A stretch of 64,000 nt of DNA from Eledone cirrhosa (GCA_964016885.1 OZ024752.1:38254001-38318000); one strand, 5' to 3'. Positions 34,972 through 52,450 are shown, counted from the stretch's first letter. The notes: generated by a model not told the origin, from the sequence alone. A program made the numbers and translations.

Positions 34972-34975
<4 letters not shown>
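34588..34975. mobile_element. Family A HHR element pieces (HHR 34629-34694, minus)
   Basis: Reverse complement of tattttgt-CTGAAGA...GAAA-tatata-TA-atgaaata. Confidence 0.7.
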
Positions 34976-35060
<85 letters not shown>

Positions 35061-35165
35061 AATGGCTAATAATGTATTGAGTACCCTACTGTGGTTACCC
35101 CCGATTGAACACGACTCATAAATACAAACACACACACACACATATATATATACATACATACACAA

Positions 35166-35231
<66 letters not shown>

Positions 35232-35367
35232 ATACTTTGGGAGGGTCATGTTGCCAATAAGAAACACACGCACTTCTTATTGGCAACATGACCCTCCCAA
35301 AGTATAACAATATCGGTTTCAACACACGTTTTCAGATAAAGAATCTTGCTAAACAAATTCAGAAACG

Positions 35368-35437
<70 letters not shown>

Positions 35438-35636
35438 AAATAAAATGAAAACGAAATTTCATTTCTCACTCTTAGTACGGCACTTACTTAAATGTAAGTA
35501 TGTGTGTATACGTACATACATATATGTATACAGACGGCATAAAAATTCAGGCTGTTCAGTTTGTTTACAAACGAACAAAGCGGCGTTATAATAAGCGTCC
35601 GCTAAACTGATACGTGCATATATGTATGTGTACCTG

Positions 35637-35711
<75 letters not shown>

Positions 35712-35808
35712 CGAAGGAAATGTGGTAAGGAACCAGGTGGACCATAACGCACCAAAGTACTCAATACGTCGAAACGGCTTGAGCTCAGCTGTCGGGGTCT
35801 TACTGGTT

Positions 35809-35870
<62 letters not shown>

Positions 35871-35923
35871 TGCTACTGTACGTCTGTATACATGTATGTA
35901 TGTACGTATACACACATACTTAC

Positions 35924-35954
<31 letters not shown>

Positions 35955-35984
35955 AAAGAATAGAGGTGTAACACACAAGTTATT

Positions 35985-36345
35985 ATATATTGGTAAACGG
36001 AATAGAAAATGCTGACAAATTGTTCACAGTTGAAAAATGGTTTAATTAGGAATAAAAGAGTATTAGTGATTGTATGGGTTAGTATTCAGTTGTGGTTTTA
36101 AGTTTTTAAGTTTTTACCGGTTGCGCATTTCTAAATGCTTTTCAAAAATAATTTTGAGATAGAGTGTCCGTGCTGTTTGCTCTGATTTGAAAAGCATTTA
36201 GAAATGCGCAACCGGTAAAAACTTAAAAACTTAAAACCACAACTGAATACTAACCCATACAATCACTAATACTCTTTTATTCCTAATTAAACCATTTTTC
36301 AACTGTGAACAATTTGTCAGCATTTTCGATTCCGTTTACCAATAT
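35985..36345. repeat. ~165-bp-arm inverted repeat island in (TA)n
   Basis: 35985-36146 is reverse-complementary to 36186-36345. Only a degenerate HHR-like motif (CTGACAA..GAAA) is present. Confidence 0.8.
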
Positions 36346-36727
36346 ATATATATATATATATACACATATATATATATATATATACATTATATACATATAT
36401 ATAAACACCTGCATACTGAAGTGTCGGCAAATAGCCAACACATGCTCAAATTTATGTATGTATATATATAATTCAATTTGATATTATTAAGACAACAATC
36501 TACTTTCAATAATAATATTTCCCCTATTAGATTCTCCAGACTAATAATAGCTCATTTTTGTTTCTCAGTCATCGTTTATTTATATTATTAGCACAACATA
36601 CTGTTAACAAGCCCCTTAATATACAACCAAGTTGTAAAGTACTTACTTAGTGTTTACCTCAACTTTAAAGGTTAGTTTACTACATCTTCCTCTCATCTTT
36701 TCCCTACCACACCCCCTATCCTTTCTC

Positions 36728-36798
<71 letters not shown>

Positions 36799-37103
36799 AT
36801 TTTTCTCTTTCTTTCTTTTTTCATCTTGTTTCTTCCGTTCTCTCTTACACTTTCCTACCACTTCTCTCCCTTTCTCTTTCCCCCTCTTCGCCCCCTCCCC
36901 CTCTCTCTCTTTCTATATATATATATATATATGTTATATATATATATATATATATATACATATGTATATATATTATATATATACATATGTATATATATTA
37001 TATATATATTATATATATATATTATATATATATATTATATATATGTATATACATATGTATATATATATATATACAAATAAAAGGCAGAGTTAAAAAGTCA
37101 TAT

Positions 37104-37136
<33 letters not shown>

Positions 37137-37137
37137 G

Positions 37138-37171
<34 letters not shown>

Positions 37172-37174
37172 CAC

Positions 37175-37213
<39 letters not shown>

Positions 37214-37288
37214 ATGTGTTCATATATATGTGAATATATATATATATATATATACACATATATATGTATATATATACACATATATATG

Positions 37289-37322
<34 letters not shown>

Positions 37323-37343
37323 CATATGTATATATATATATAC

Positions 37344-37378
<35 letters not shown>

Positions 37379-38134
37379 ATTCTACATCCCGTTCCTCTGT
37401 CGTCACGTCCTTCACCCCCCCACCCCCCTCCTCCCCCACCTCCCCCACCTCCCCCACCACCAAAAAACTAATCATGACGGAATGTGAGATTGGATATTGG
37501 TCACTCGACAAGATTGGATTCTCATCTCTTCCTCTTTTACTTTTCAAGTAGCGACACAGAACTGTGAGGGGGAGGGGGGAGGGGGGATTGTGGGTGGATG
37601 GGGGGGGGTCGTCGTCGTGGTGGTGATGGTGGTCGTCATGATGGTGATGGTGGTGGTGGTGGTCGTGGTGGTGGTGGTGATGGTGGTGGTGGTGGTCGTG
37701 GTGATGGTGGTGATGGTGGTCGTCGTGATGGTGATGATGGTGGTGGTGGTGGTGGTGGTGTAGTGTGAACAGAGTAACCCAATACATACCAACTTCCTGC
37801 TGGTAATTATCTTCTCTCTCGCACCATTTCTCTGGTAGATACTCGAAAATATAAAGAAAAAGAATAAGTAAAGAAAAAAGATCGCTCATTCATAGAAACG
37901 TATATTTAATTAGGTCTGCTTGATGAGGGCTGAACTAGAACTAAACAACAACACGGATGAATGAAACACGTGTCCCTGAAAATGTTTGATTAATACTATT
38001 ATTTATTTATTTATTTATTTATTCATTTATTTATTATTTTGATACATATTAAGGTGGTGGATTGGTCGTGTCGGTAGAACATTGGACACCATGCTGTGTA
38101 GAATATAGTTATGCATGTACTTAGTATATATGTG

Positions 38135-38227
<93 letters not shown>

Positions 38228-38255
38228 AGAGAGAGGGTGAGATACATATATATAC

Positions 38256-38295
<40 letters not shown>

Positions 38296-38367
38296 CACTC
38301 TACTGTCCTAAGTATCGAGTACTCTGTTGCGCTATGGTCCACCTGGTTTCTTACCACTATTCCTTCG

Positions 38368-38401
<34 letters not shown>

Positions 38402-38760
38402 GTTTGTATATGTATAATAAAGCCAAAACAATGCAGGTATGGACATAGAATAAAGAATGCAAATGCAAAAGATATTGTTGACAATTAGTCTTTTACCTTA
38501 GATTTATTTAAATGTCCTTAATTTTCGAGATAATATCTCTTCTTCGGAGAGAAGTAAAGCGGTTAAACCAGTGTTCTAAATAGCTTGCCAAGTCATGCTG
38601 ACGGGAATGCATTTGCATTCTTTATTCTATGTTCATACCTGCATTGTTTTGGCTTTATTATACATATACAAACGTTTATACCTCATTACACAATGCTTCA
38701 AGTGAACTATAACCTCCTCCATATATATATATATTTATATATATATGTATGTATATATGT

Positions 38761-39600
38761 CTAGTGCGGGTAAAATTCTCGAGATCCATGGACGAGTTCT
38801 CTCCAGCGGTTTCTGTCCCTCATTATCGCTGCCATGTCCTGCGTCTCCAAGAGACCAGTGTCTGTCCTTAGGGCATCAACATATGTTAACCTCGGTCTTC
38901 CTTTTCCAGTGTGTCCATGCAGGGGCTCCCACAGGAGCAGTGAGTGCAGTGTCAACTCTGGATGTCGGTGAACATGTCCAGCTAACCTCAGTCTCCTTTG
39001 TGTCACTTTCTAGCTGACTTTTGGAAGGCTCCCGTACAGCTCTGAGTTCTTCATCCTCAGTGTATACTGATTAATGTTCAGAGCCATCCTCAGCATTCTC
39101 GTGTAGCACCCATCCACCATCTGAGTGAGTTTCTTGGTCAGTGTCCAAGTCTCAGACCCGTACAGCAGCACAGACTCTACTACAGCAACGAAGAGACGGA
39201 TCTTCAGGTCTTTACGACGGTCTGACTTCCACACCGATCTCAAGCTGTGGCTTGCCGCCCAGGCTTTGCTCTTCCTCTCGACCACATCATCTTCCGTATT
39301 CCCAATCTTTGCTCCCAAATACAGGAAGTCCTCAACTAATTCTAGCGGCTTCCCACTTACATTACTGATCCCCTCTGGCTTCTTAATATTCTCTGCCAGA
39401 TATTTCGTCTTAATCGCATTCATTCTCAGCCCCACACCCATCGACACAGTCTCCACCTCCTGCATCAACTCCTCTTCCCCCTTCACTGTGTTTGTCACCA
39501 GAACTATGTCGTCGGCAAATTCAGCATCCGATATCTTTTTCGCCTTGACTCTCCTGCTCTGAGCGGGTGTTACAGTAAAGCCAGAGTCCTGGTATTTCTC
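38761..39600 (-). pseudogene. RTE-clade LINE, RT domain 5 to 3' end
   Basis: DAEFADDIVLV...GLRMNAIKTKY...EDFLYLG...VLLYGSETWTLT...RRLRLAGHVHRH...GRPRLTYVD...RDRNRWR, with one internal stop at ~39010. Confidence 0.88.
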
Positions 39601-39927
39601 CAGAACGGCTTCAGAGAGGGAAGATCAACCACCAGTCACATCCTGAAGCTGAGGAGGATATTAGAGGGAGCTAGAGCAAAGTGCCTTCCTGCGGTCATGG
39701 TTTTCATTGACTTTAGGAAGGCCTTTGATTCTGTGGACCGTCACTGCCTAATGAAGATCTCACAGGCTTATGGAATCCCCAAGAAGATAGTGGACCTGAT
39801 ATCACTGCTCTACACCAACACCAAAGCCCAAGTCATTACACCTGATGGGATGACAGAGTTCTTTGAGATACTGGCTGGAGTGCTCCAGGGAGATACATTG
39901 GCTCCCTACCTTTTTATCATTGCAGTG
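39601..39927 (+). pseudogene. Inverted upstream piece of the same RTE-clade RT (domains 2-4)
   Basis: QNGFREGRSTTSHILKLRRILE...FIDFRKAFDSVDR...GVLQGDTLAPYLFIIAV. Confidence 0.88.
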
Positions 39928-39931
39928 CAGT

Positions 39932-39991
<60 letters not shown>

Positions 39992-40020
39992 ACATCAAAA
40001 GAAACCTGCATCTCCTATGC

Positions 40021-40095
40021 ATTTTGTCTGACGAGAACATGTTTTGGATTATACTGTAGAAAAGCCTTGCATCTTCGAAATATATATAATAAAAT
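40021..40095 (+). ncRNA. Hammerhead ribozyme (family A-related)
   Basis: attttgt-CTGACGA-gaa..ttc-GAAA-tatata-TA-ataaaat. Confidence 0.6.
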
Positions 40096-40130
40096 AAATA
40101 GAGATAAACTAAAGTAACTATCTATTGTTC

Positions 40131-40420
40131 ATTCATACGGGGTCGATAAAATAAAGTACCAGTAATGTACTGGGTAATTGCTGGCCTTGTGCCTAAAGTA
40201 GAAACAATTATTATTATATGTATATAAAGGCGGTGGATTGGCAGTATCGGTAGACGGTCGGATGTCATGCTTTGACGCATAGAGTTACGGCCCTTTCCAT
40301 TCTGATTTCAAATGCTGCCGAGGTCAACTTTGCCTTTCATCCTTACGGGGTCGATAAAATAAAGTACCAGTAATGCACTGGGTATTTGCTGGCCTTGTGC
40401 CAAAACGTAGAAACAATTAT
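40131..40420 (+). mobile_element. Partial plus full tRNA-derived SINE in tandem
   Basis: Same family as 9068. Confidence 0.8.
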
Positions 40421-40441
40421 TATTATATGTATATATAAACA

Positions 40442-40476
<35 letters not shown>

Positions 40477-40701
40477 ATTGGAGGCTTAGTAAAATCGAAT
40501 CTTTGGCGGAAGCAAACTCGACCTACGATATGAATGAGTTAGCAAAGCACTCGACAAGGTAGGTCCTTAGAGTAATAACATACGTTTAAATAGCTTGACA
40601 AATTGAACATTGTGGTAGGCAAAATCTAACACACAATACCAAAGTAACGAAAGAACTTACAGGTTGAGAAAAAAAATGTATATATATACGTGTGTGTGTG
40701 T

Positions 40702-40804
<103 letters not shown>

Positions 40805-40960
40805 CATATATATCCACCCAGCTTATGCTGACCGGATAACCATGTTGCTTGTTTTTTCCTATCTTTGCGTTGCTTTCATCCTTCTATGTTGTTTACTTGT
40901 CTCACTCGCTTTACGCGATTTACTTGTCCCAATAGGTTTATTTAGCTATTGCTGCTCGCA

Positions 40961-41060
40961 CTAACCGGAGGTATATGATTTTTAATGCGATGAAATACCA
41001 ATGAAGGTTGGAAAATCACTGACGAAGGACCATTTTTATCATATGTAACCCATGTGCAAC
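40961..41060 (+). ncRNA. Candidate rearranged hammerhead, copy 2
   Basis: ctaacc..aggta-TA-tgatttt..GAAA-tacc..ggttgg-aaaatca-CTGACGA. Confidence 0.55.
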
Positions 41061-41081
41061 CACGCAGTATTCTTTCTTCTC

Positions 41082-41163
<82 letters not shown>

Positions 41164-41300
41164 AATACTTATCTTTTTCCATTTCTCCGAGGGTTCTTAA
41201 CCCCACTATCAGGCTAAATAATTTCTTGAATTTCTTTAGTCAAAATACGGCGATAGCTTCCATTTATAATAATTTCAAACCCGCTTGCTGTTTCGAAAAT

Positions 41301-41482
41301 TGGATTGGCAGTATCGGTAGAGGGTCGGACGCCATGCTTTCCAGCATAGTTACGTCCCTTTACGATCTAAGTTCAAATCCCGCCGAGGTTGACTTTGCCT
41401 TTCATCCTTACGGGGTCGATAAAATAAAGTACCAGTAATGCACTGGGTAATTGCTGGCCTTGTGCCTAAAGTAGAAACAATT
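41301..41482 (+). mobile_element. tRNA-derived SINE
   Basis: Same family as 9068. Confidence 0.85.
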
Positions 41483-41510
41483 ATATATATATATATATAT
41501 ATATATACAT

Positions 41511-41551
<41 letters not shown>

Positions 41552-41566
41552 CATATATATGTATGT

Positions 41567-41609
<43 letters not shown>

Positions 41610-41701
41610 AAATTGAGGTTGGTAATGGCACATGGAATATATAAGAGACAGAATACTTTATTCTGTCTCTTATATATTCCATGTGCCATTACCAACCTCA
41701 A

Positions 41702-41889
<188 letters not shown>

Positions 41890-41925
41890 ATATATATATA
41901 TATATACATGTATATATATATATAT

Positions 41926-43270
<1,345 letters not shown>

Positions 43271-43357
43271 TATATGTATATATATATAGTCCAGAATTAG
43301 CCGTCGAAACGGCTTGAGCTCAGCTGTCGGGGTCTTACTGGTTCCTATATACATATA

Positions 43358-43388
<31 letters not shown>

Positions 43389-43570
43389 GTATACATATAT
43401 GCAAAAGTTCTATTTAAAATTGTTGGGCTACAACTTCTTTTCTGATATAAAGCACTCGACAAGTATTTGGAGTAGATATACGATATTAATAAATGGAAAT
43501 TATATTTATAAAACCATATTTATTTCACTATACATATTTCAGGGATATCAAATTAAATTATGGTATATAC

Positions 43571-43773
<203 letters not shown>

Positions 43774-43785
43774 CATATATATATA

Positions 43786-43997
43786 TTAGAAAATATATAG
43801 CTTTCACTGTATTTTTAACTAAAAGAATTTTAGCTTGATAACGGGGTTTAGAACCCTCAGAGAAATGGAAAAAGATGAGTATTGACGTACATGTACGTCA
43901 ATACTCATCTTTTTCCATTTCTCTGAGGGTTCTAAACCCCGTTATCAAGCTAAATTCCTTTAGTTAAAAATACGGTGAAAGCTATATATTTTCTAAT
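43786..43997. repeat. ~105-bp-arm palindrome island (family also at 41161-41300)
   Basis: Centre at gacgtacatgtacgtc (~43890). Confidence 0.8.
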
Positions 43998-44032
43998 TTC
44001 AAACTCGCTCACTGTTTCAAAACATACTTACT

Positions 44033-44086
<54 letters not shown>

Positions 44087-44087
44087 T

Positions 44088-44131
<44 letters not shown>

Positions 44132-44135
44132 TATA

Positions 44136-44412
<277 letters not shown>

Positions 44413-44558
44413 TCAGACATATATATATATATATATACACACATATATATATATATACACACACATATATTTATATATATATATACACACACACACACAC
44501 ATATATATATACACACATATATATATATATACACACACATATATTTATATATATATAT

Positions 44559-44671
<113 letters not shown>

Positions 44672-44682
44672 GAACAATATAC

Positions 44683-44755
<73 letters not shown>

Positions 44756-44814
44756 TATATATACATATATATATATAGAACAATATACATATATATATAC
44801 ATATATATATATAT

Positions 44815-44870
<56 letters not shown>

Positions 44871-44903
44871 TCACATATATATATATATATACACACACAT
44901 ATA

Positions 44904-44941
<38 letters not shown>

Positions 44942-44949
44942 CACACACA

Positions 44950-46442
<1,493 letters not shown>

Positions 46443-46521
46443 ATATATATATATATATACACTCAGACATATATATATATATATATACACACATATATAT
46501 ATATATACACACACATATATT

Positions 46522-46619
<98 letters not shown>

Positions 46620-46660
46620 TAAATATATACATATATATATATATATATAGAACAATATAC

Positions 46661-46693
<33 letters not shown>

Positions 46694-46698
46694 GAACA

Positions 46699-46740
<42 letters not shown>

Positions 46741-46974
46741 CAATATACATATATATATTTTTATTTGCTTGACCCGAATTACTCGATCGTTTTTTTTTGG
46801 CTGTGCGAATGATTGTTTAAGCATCGTCTCAGTGTGTTGGTATTAAACGTTAGTTATAGCTCCGGTTTATCCGAATCATTGAGCACTTTGCCGCACATTT
46901 CGAAGATTGTTTTTCGTGATTCCGTGGGCCGAAGTTCCGATTCTCGATAATTTTATTTGTATATATATATATAG

Positions 46975-47013
<39 letters not shown>

Positions 47014-47017
<4 letters not shown>

Positions 47018-47463
47018 AAAGTTTTCTTTAAAATTGTTGGGTTACAACGAGTAAATATTTTATAACTGATATAAAGCACTCAACAAGTTTTGGAGTAGAT
47101 ATACGATATTAAACAAATGGAAACTATATTTATAAAACCATATTTATTTCATTATACATATTTCAGGGATACCATATTAAAAATATGGCATGCCTTCTTC
47201 AGATAAAATACAATATATAAGCAGTTTTATAAATAAATTTGACGTACCATAAAATATTGATCAACTTCCATTTAACTACCAAACCAACTTTTTTAAATGG
47301 AAGTTGATCAATATTTTATGGTACGTCAAATTTATTTATAAAACTGCTTATATATTGTATTTTATCTGAAGAAGGCATGCCATATTTTTAATATGGTATC
47401 CCTGAAATATGTATAATGAAATAAATATGGTTTTATAAATATAGTTTCCATTTGTTTAATATC

Positions 47464-47465
<2 letters not shown>
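47014..47465. mobile_element. Family A HHR element, inverted pair
   Basis: HHRs at 47145-47210(-) and 47358-47423(+), both with CTGAAGA. Confidence 0.75.
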
Positions 47466-47504
<39 letters not shown>

Positions 47505-47671
47505 AACAAGTAGGACCCCGACGGCTGAGCTCAAGCCGTTTCGACGGCTAATTCTGGACTAAAATGTCCAGAATTAGCCGTCGTGGTCCTACTTGTTCCT
47601 ATTACCCACTCTACTACCCTAAGTACTTTGGTGCGTAATGGTCCATCTGGTTCTTTACCACATTTCCTTCG

Positions 47672-47707
<36 letters not shown>

Positions 47708-47839
47708 AGAATTAGCCGTCGAAACGGCTTGAGCTCAGCTGTCGGGGTCTTACTGGTTCCTATTACCCACTCTACTACCTCAAGTATTGAGTACTTTGGT
47801 GCGTTATGGTCCACCTGGTTCCTTACCACATTTCCTTCG

Positions 47840-47877
<38 letters not shown>

Positions 47878-48258
47878 CAATATATTTCATTGTACAGTGT
47901 CGTTTGCTTTATTATATTTCTGTTTACTTTACACACACACACATTATAATTTTATAAAAAAAGTTTAAATAGACGAACATACAAGTCTGCATGGATATAT
48001 GTATGTGTGTATGTATGTGTGTATGTATGGCTGTGCGTATATACATATGTACATAGTCACACACACACACCACATTTGTATTGTAAAGAGGTCACAACTA
48101 AGAAACGACGAGCGAGACAAAACAATTATATGCCACTTAAAATGTTTTAATAGTGTCTTAAAATTCATTTTTTGTTTCAACCAGATTCTCCCCTTTATCT
48201 CCTTCTTTCTTTGTGTGTGAGTGTTGGCTGTGTTAATTTGTGCGCATTCATATACATA

Positions 48259-48313
<55 letters not shown>

Positions 48314-48458
48314 GTGCATATATATATATATATTTATATATATATGTTTTGTTTGTTTCATTTATTAACTATATATACATACATACACACACACATATAT
48401 ATATATATATATAGTGACGAAACATAAGTCAATTGCATGAACTCATAATCCTTTATTT

Positions 48459-48514
48459 ACTGCTATATATATTTCGATGATAGCCATTGAATGGCTATGA
48501 CCTCATCAGGCAGT
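48459..48514 (-). ncRNA. Hammerhead ribozyme (family D)
   Basis: Reverse complement of 52286-52341. Confidence 0.8.
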
Positions 48515-48575
48515 TAGTCAGTTCTTAGATATGCCAGCTCTGTGTGTATAGTGTTGATGGTATCAGAGCCTTGGG

Positions 48576-48622
<47 letters not shown>

Positions 48623-48686
48623 TATAGAAAAATGTTTGACCCCGACGGAAGAGCTCAAGCCGTTTCGACGGCTATTTCTGGACTAT

Positions 48687-48737
<51 letters not shown>

Positions 48738-48745
48738 TAATATTG

Positions 48746-48807
48746 TATTTTGTCTGAAGAAGGCATACTATAACTTAGTATCCCTGAAATATATATATAA
48801 CGAAATA
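48746..48807 (+). ncRNA. Hammerhead ribozyme (family A, shortened stem II)
   Basis: tattttgt-CTGAAGA-aggcatacta..tagtatccct-GAAA-tatatata-TA-acgaaata. Confidence 0.7.
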
Positions 48808-48891
48808 AATTATGATGTTACAGTGGTATATCTTCTATTTATTACTATTATATATACACATATATATACACATATATATATGTATATATAT

Positions 48892-49602
48892 CATCATCAT
48901 CATCATTTTATTTTAGTCCGCTTTTTCCCTGCTTGCAAGGGTGGGACGGGAACTGATTCTGGCTTGATTTCTACAGCTGGATGCCCTTCCTAAAACCAAC
49001 CCCATTTACAGTGAGTGCTGGGTGCTTTTTTTTTGTCGTGGCACCTCCACTACCACTTTGCAGTGGAATGATAGGGACCCCAGTGCCTATCATCTCATTT
49101 CTACAGCTGAGTAAACTGGAGCAATGTGAAATAAAGTGTCTTGCTCAAGGAAACAACACATCATCCGGTCTGAGAATTGAACTCACAACCTTTCGATTGC
49201 AAGGCCAATGCTCTAACCGCTAAGCCATGTGCCTCCATTAATATATATATATATATATATATATATGCTTTGCTTTGGCCCCACTCGTTCACGAATGGCC
49301 ATGGTTTTGCACCTAGAAAGGTCCTCTCTGAGGCACAAGCCTGGGCAAGGTTTGTTTTGTGGAAGACCAGCAGTCGCCCATGAATACCAGTCTTCCCCCT
49401 CCACGCCACCGATGATGTCCAAGGGAAAGGCAATGTCCGATACAGCTTGGCACCAGTGACGTCGCAACTCATTTCTACATCTGAGCAAACTGAAGCAGCG
49501 TGAAATAAAATGTCTTGCTCAAGGACACAACGCATCACCCGGTCCGAGAATCGAACTCACAACCTTTCGATTGCAAGCCCAATGCTCTAACCACTAAGCC
49601 AT
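48892..49602 (-). mobile_element. Two tandem copies of a second, CORE-like tRNA-derived SINE family
   Basis: Minus strand TGGCTTAG(C/T)GGTTAGAGCA..GTGAGTTC(A/G)ATTCTC followed by CORE-like TCCTTGAGCAAGACACTTTATTTCAC, with a (GAT)n tail. Confidence 0.7.
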
Positions 49603-49609
49603 ATATATA

Positions 49610-49642
<33 letters not shown>

Positions 49643-49804
49643 TTATATATGGGATAAAGTATGACCCCGACGGCAGAGCTCAAGCCGTTTCGACGGCTAT
49701 TTCTGGACGGGGTCATACTTCTTCCTATTACCCACTCTACTACCCTAAGTATTGAGTACTCTGGTGCGTTATGGTCCATCTGGTTCCTTACCACAATTCC
49801 TTCG

Positions 49805-49846
<42 letters not shown>

Positions 49847-49850
<4 letters not shown>

Positions 49851-50383
49851 AAATATAGAGAAAAATACTGCAGGTAGCACATGGATAACATGTAATAAAA
49901 TGAGTCCCTCATCAGTGATTTGCCGACGATCATAGATATTTCATTGCATTAAAAATCATATACCTCACGTCGGTGCAATAATAACCAAAATAAGTTATTA
50001 GGACAATTGAAACGCGTAAAGCGAGTGACACAGGAGAACAACAAAGAGTATAGCTAACCGTAGGGGAAAGAAACAAGCTTCAAAAATTATTCTGTTTAGC
50101 ATAAGCTAGGTGAATATATGAGCGCTTTTAGAAAAGACCCGACACGAGCGAAGGCTATGTGAGAAGAGAGAAAAATAGCCTTCGTGGTGTACAGGATGAA
50201 ATGAAGAGAAGAGAAACAGTGAGTGAGTGAAAGTGTGAGGAAGAGTTAACTGACATGACAGAGGGGGAGAAACAGAGAGAATGGGGGAACAGTAAGAGAG
50301 AGAGAGAAAAAAACACAGAATCGCAGTGGTAAATATATGTAATAAAATATAGAGAAAAATACTGCAGGTAGCACATGGATAAC
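49847..50383 (-). mobile_element. ~494-bp monomer with a ~43-bp terminal direct repeat, carrying rearranged hammerhead copy 3 (49909-49973)
   Basis: AATAAAATATAGAGAAAAATACTGCAGGTAGCACATGGATAAC occurs at 49847 and 50341, with (TA)n on both sides. Confidence 0.65.
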
Positions 50384-50510
<127 letters not shown>

Positions 50511-50866
50511 TATAAAAAGGAATAATAGATACAATATACCTATTTTTTTCTTTAGTCCCGACTGTACAGTTTCGCTGGTCACTATGCAAAAATGTTATAT
50601 CATAGATATGTAACATTGTTGTGAGGTAAGCCAGCTTATCAAGAGAGCACCTCAGGGAAGAGTCCTAACTACATACGTCCGTAGCATGCGAAAAAATCTC
50701 AGAAAGGCGGAGGGAGACTCTATCACGTGATACACCGGTCAAGAAAGGGGATTAATCCCTTGTAGCAGTGAAAATATCTCACAAGGCGGAGGGAGATATT
50801 GATATGATACATAGGCTACAGAAGGGTATACCTTCTGTATACCTTTGTATACCTCTCATTATTATG

Positions 50867-51052
50867 TGGATTGGCAGTATCAGTAGAGAGTCGGACGCCA
50901 TGCTTTCCAGCATAGTTACGTCCCTTTACGGTCTGTGTTCAAATCCCGCCGAGGTTAACTTTGCCTTTCATCCTTACGGGGTGGATAAAATAAAGTACCA
51001 GTTATGTACTGGGTAATTGCTGGCCTTGTGCCAAAAGTAGAAACAATTATTA
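50867..51052 (+). mobile_element. tRNA-derived SINE
   Basis: Same family as 9068. Confidence 0.85.
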
Positions 51053-51053
51053 T

Positions 51054-51084
<31 letters not shown>

Positions 51085-51552
51085 AATACGTAAATTTTCA
51101 ATTTTCCCAGGCTGAGGTCGGATACTTTTTTCGACGCACCTCTTACACACTTGTCTGTATTCTGTAGTAGTTTATTTGTAGTGTCATTACCTTAATAATT
51201 AAACAAGAAGTGGCCATCAAATGCTTCTTAGTTAGTCTTTTGTCTTGGACACTCAGCTGTTACAAAGACTATCTCGACCTCCTTTAACCCCACCTCCATC
51301 TACAGCAATGACGTCATGACCAATCTCAAAATTTTGCACTTCTTATCATTTTGACCTTCTTCACAGATTTACTCTCAACAAACGTGAATTAATCGTGAGA
51401 CATTATAGCTATTGCGAAATTTGTTAGAGCATCAGGAAAATGCCTTGTGGTATTTAAGTAAGGCATCTGACGTATGAGTTCAAATCCTCCGGTTTTCGTT
51501 TGTTTGTTGTTGTTTTTGTTTTTGTTTTCTTTTTCGGGAGGGTTTCTAGTTA

Positions 51553-51742
51553 TAATTGTTTCTACTTTTGGCACAAGGCCAGCAATTATCCCAGTGCATT
51601 ACTGGTACTTTATTTTATCGACCCGGTACGGATGAAAGGCAAAGTTAACCTAGGCGGGATTTGAACTCAGAATGGCAAGGGCCGTAACTCTATGCATCAA
51701 AGCATGGCGTCCAACCCTCTACCGATACTGCCAATTCACCGC
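51553..51742 (-). mobile_element. tRNA-derived SINE
   Basis: Reverse complement of the family consensus. Confidence 0.85.
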
Positions 51743-51756
51743 CCTTTCTAGTTATA

Positions 51757-52060
51757 ATGGCGGTGAATTGACAGAGTCGTTAAAATGTCGGATAGAATGC
51801 TTTGCGGTATTCATTCCGGTTCTCTGCTCCCTGAGCTCAAATCTCGCCGAGGTCAACTTAGCCTTTCATTCATTCGAGGTCGATGAAAAAATACCGGTTA
51901 AATACTGGGGTCGATTCTTCCTCTATATATATCTTTGTCACTCTCTCTATCCTTCTTTGGAAGAAATCTGCTGTGTTCAGACCTGGAGAGGAGATGGGCT
52001 CCACCGGGTTTAAAAGTGCCCAAGAAATACCATATCTCACTACAGCGTCCCTACGACTTA
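51757..52060 (+). mobile_element. Diverged SINE plus shared downstream repeat
   Basis: Similar to 8436-8740 and 1955-2100. Confidence 0.6.
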
Positions 52061-52097
52061 CGACTCCTCCAGGAGTTACAGGAGTTACATGAATCTC

Positions 52098-52174
<77 letters not shown>

Positions 52175-52285
52175 ATATATATAAACATTTTTCTATATAT
52201 TTTTATATATATATATACATATGTCCCAAGGCTCTGATACCATCAACACTATAAACACAGAGCTGGCATATCTAAGAACTGACTA

Positions 52286-52341
52286 ACTGCCTGATGAGGT
52301 CATAGCCATTCAATGGCTATCATCGAAATATATATAGCAGT
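52286..52341 (+). ncRNA. Hammerhead ribozyme (family D)
   Basis: actgc-CTGATGA-ggtcatagccat-tca-atggctatcatc-GAAA-tatata-TA-gcagt. Perfect core and stem I. Confidence 0.82.
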
Positions 52342-52382
52342 AAATAAAGGATTATGAGTTCATGCAATTGACTTATGTTTCG

Positions 52383-52450
<68 letters not shown>

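Noticed and set aside
37912-37977. HHR-like TTGATGA...GAAACACGTGTC
   Set aside because: The core is altered and there is no convincing stem I or II. At best a decayed copy.
38510-38550. HHR-like CCGAAGA-gagat/atctc-GAAA on the minus strand
   Set aside because: Core mutation and poor stem I, seen in a single copy.
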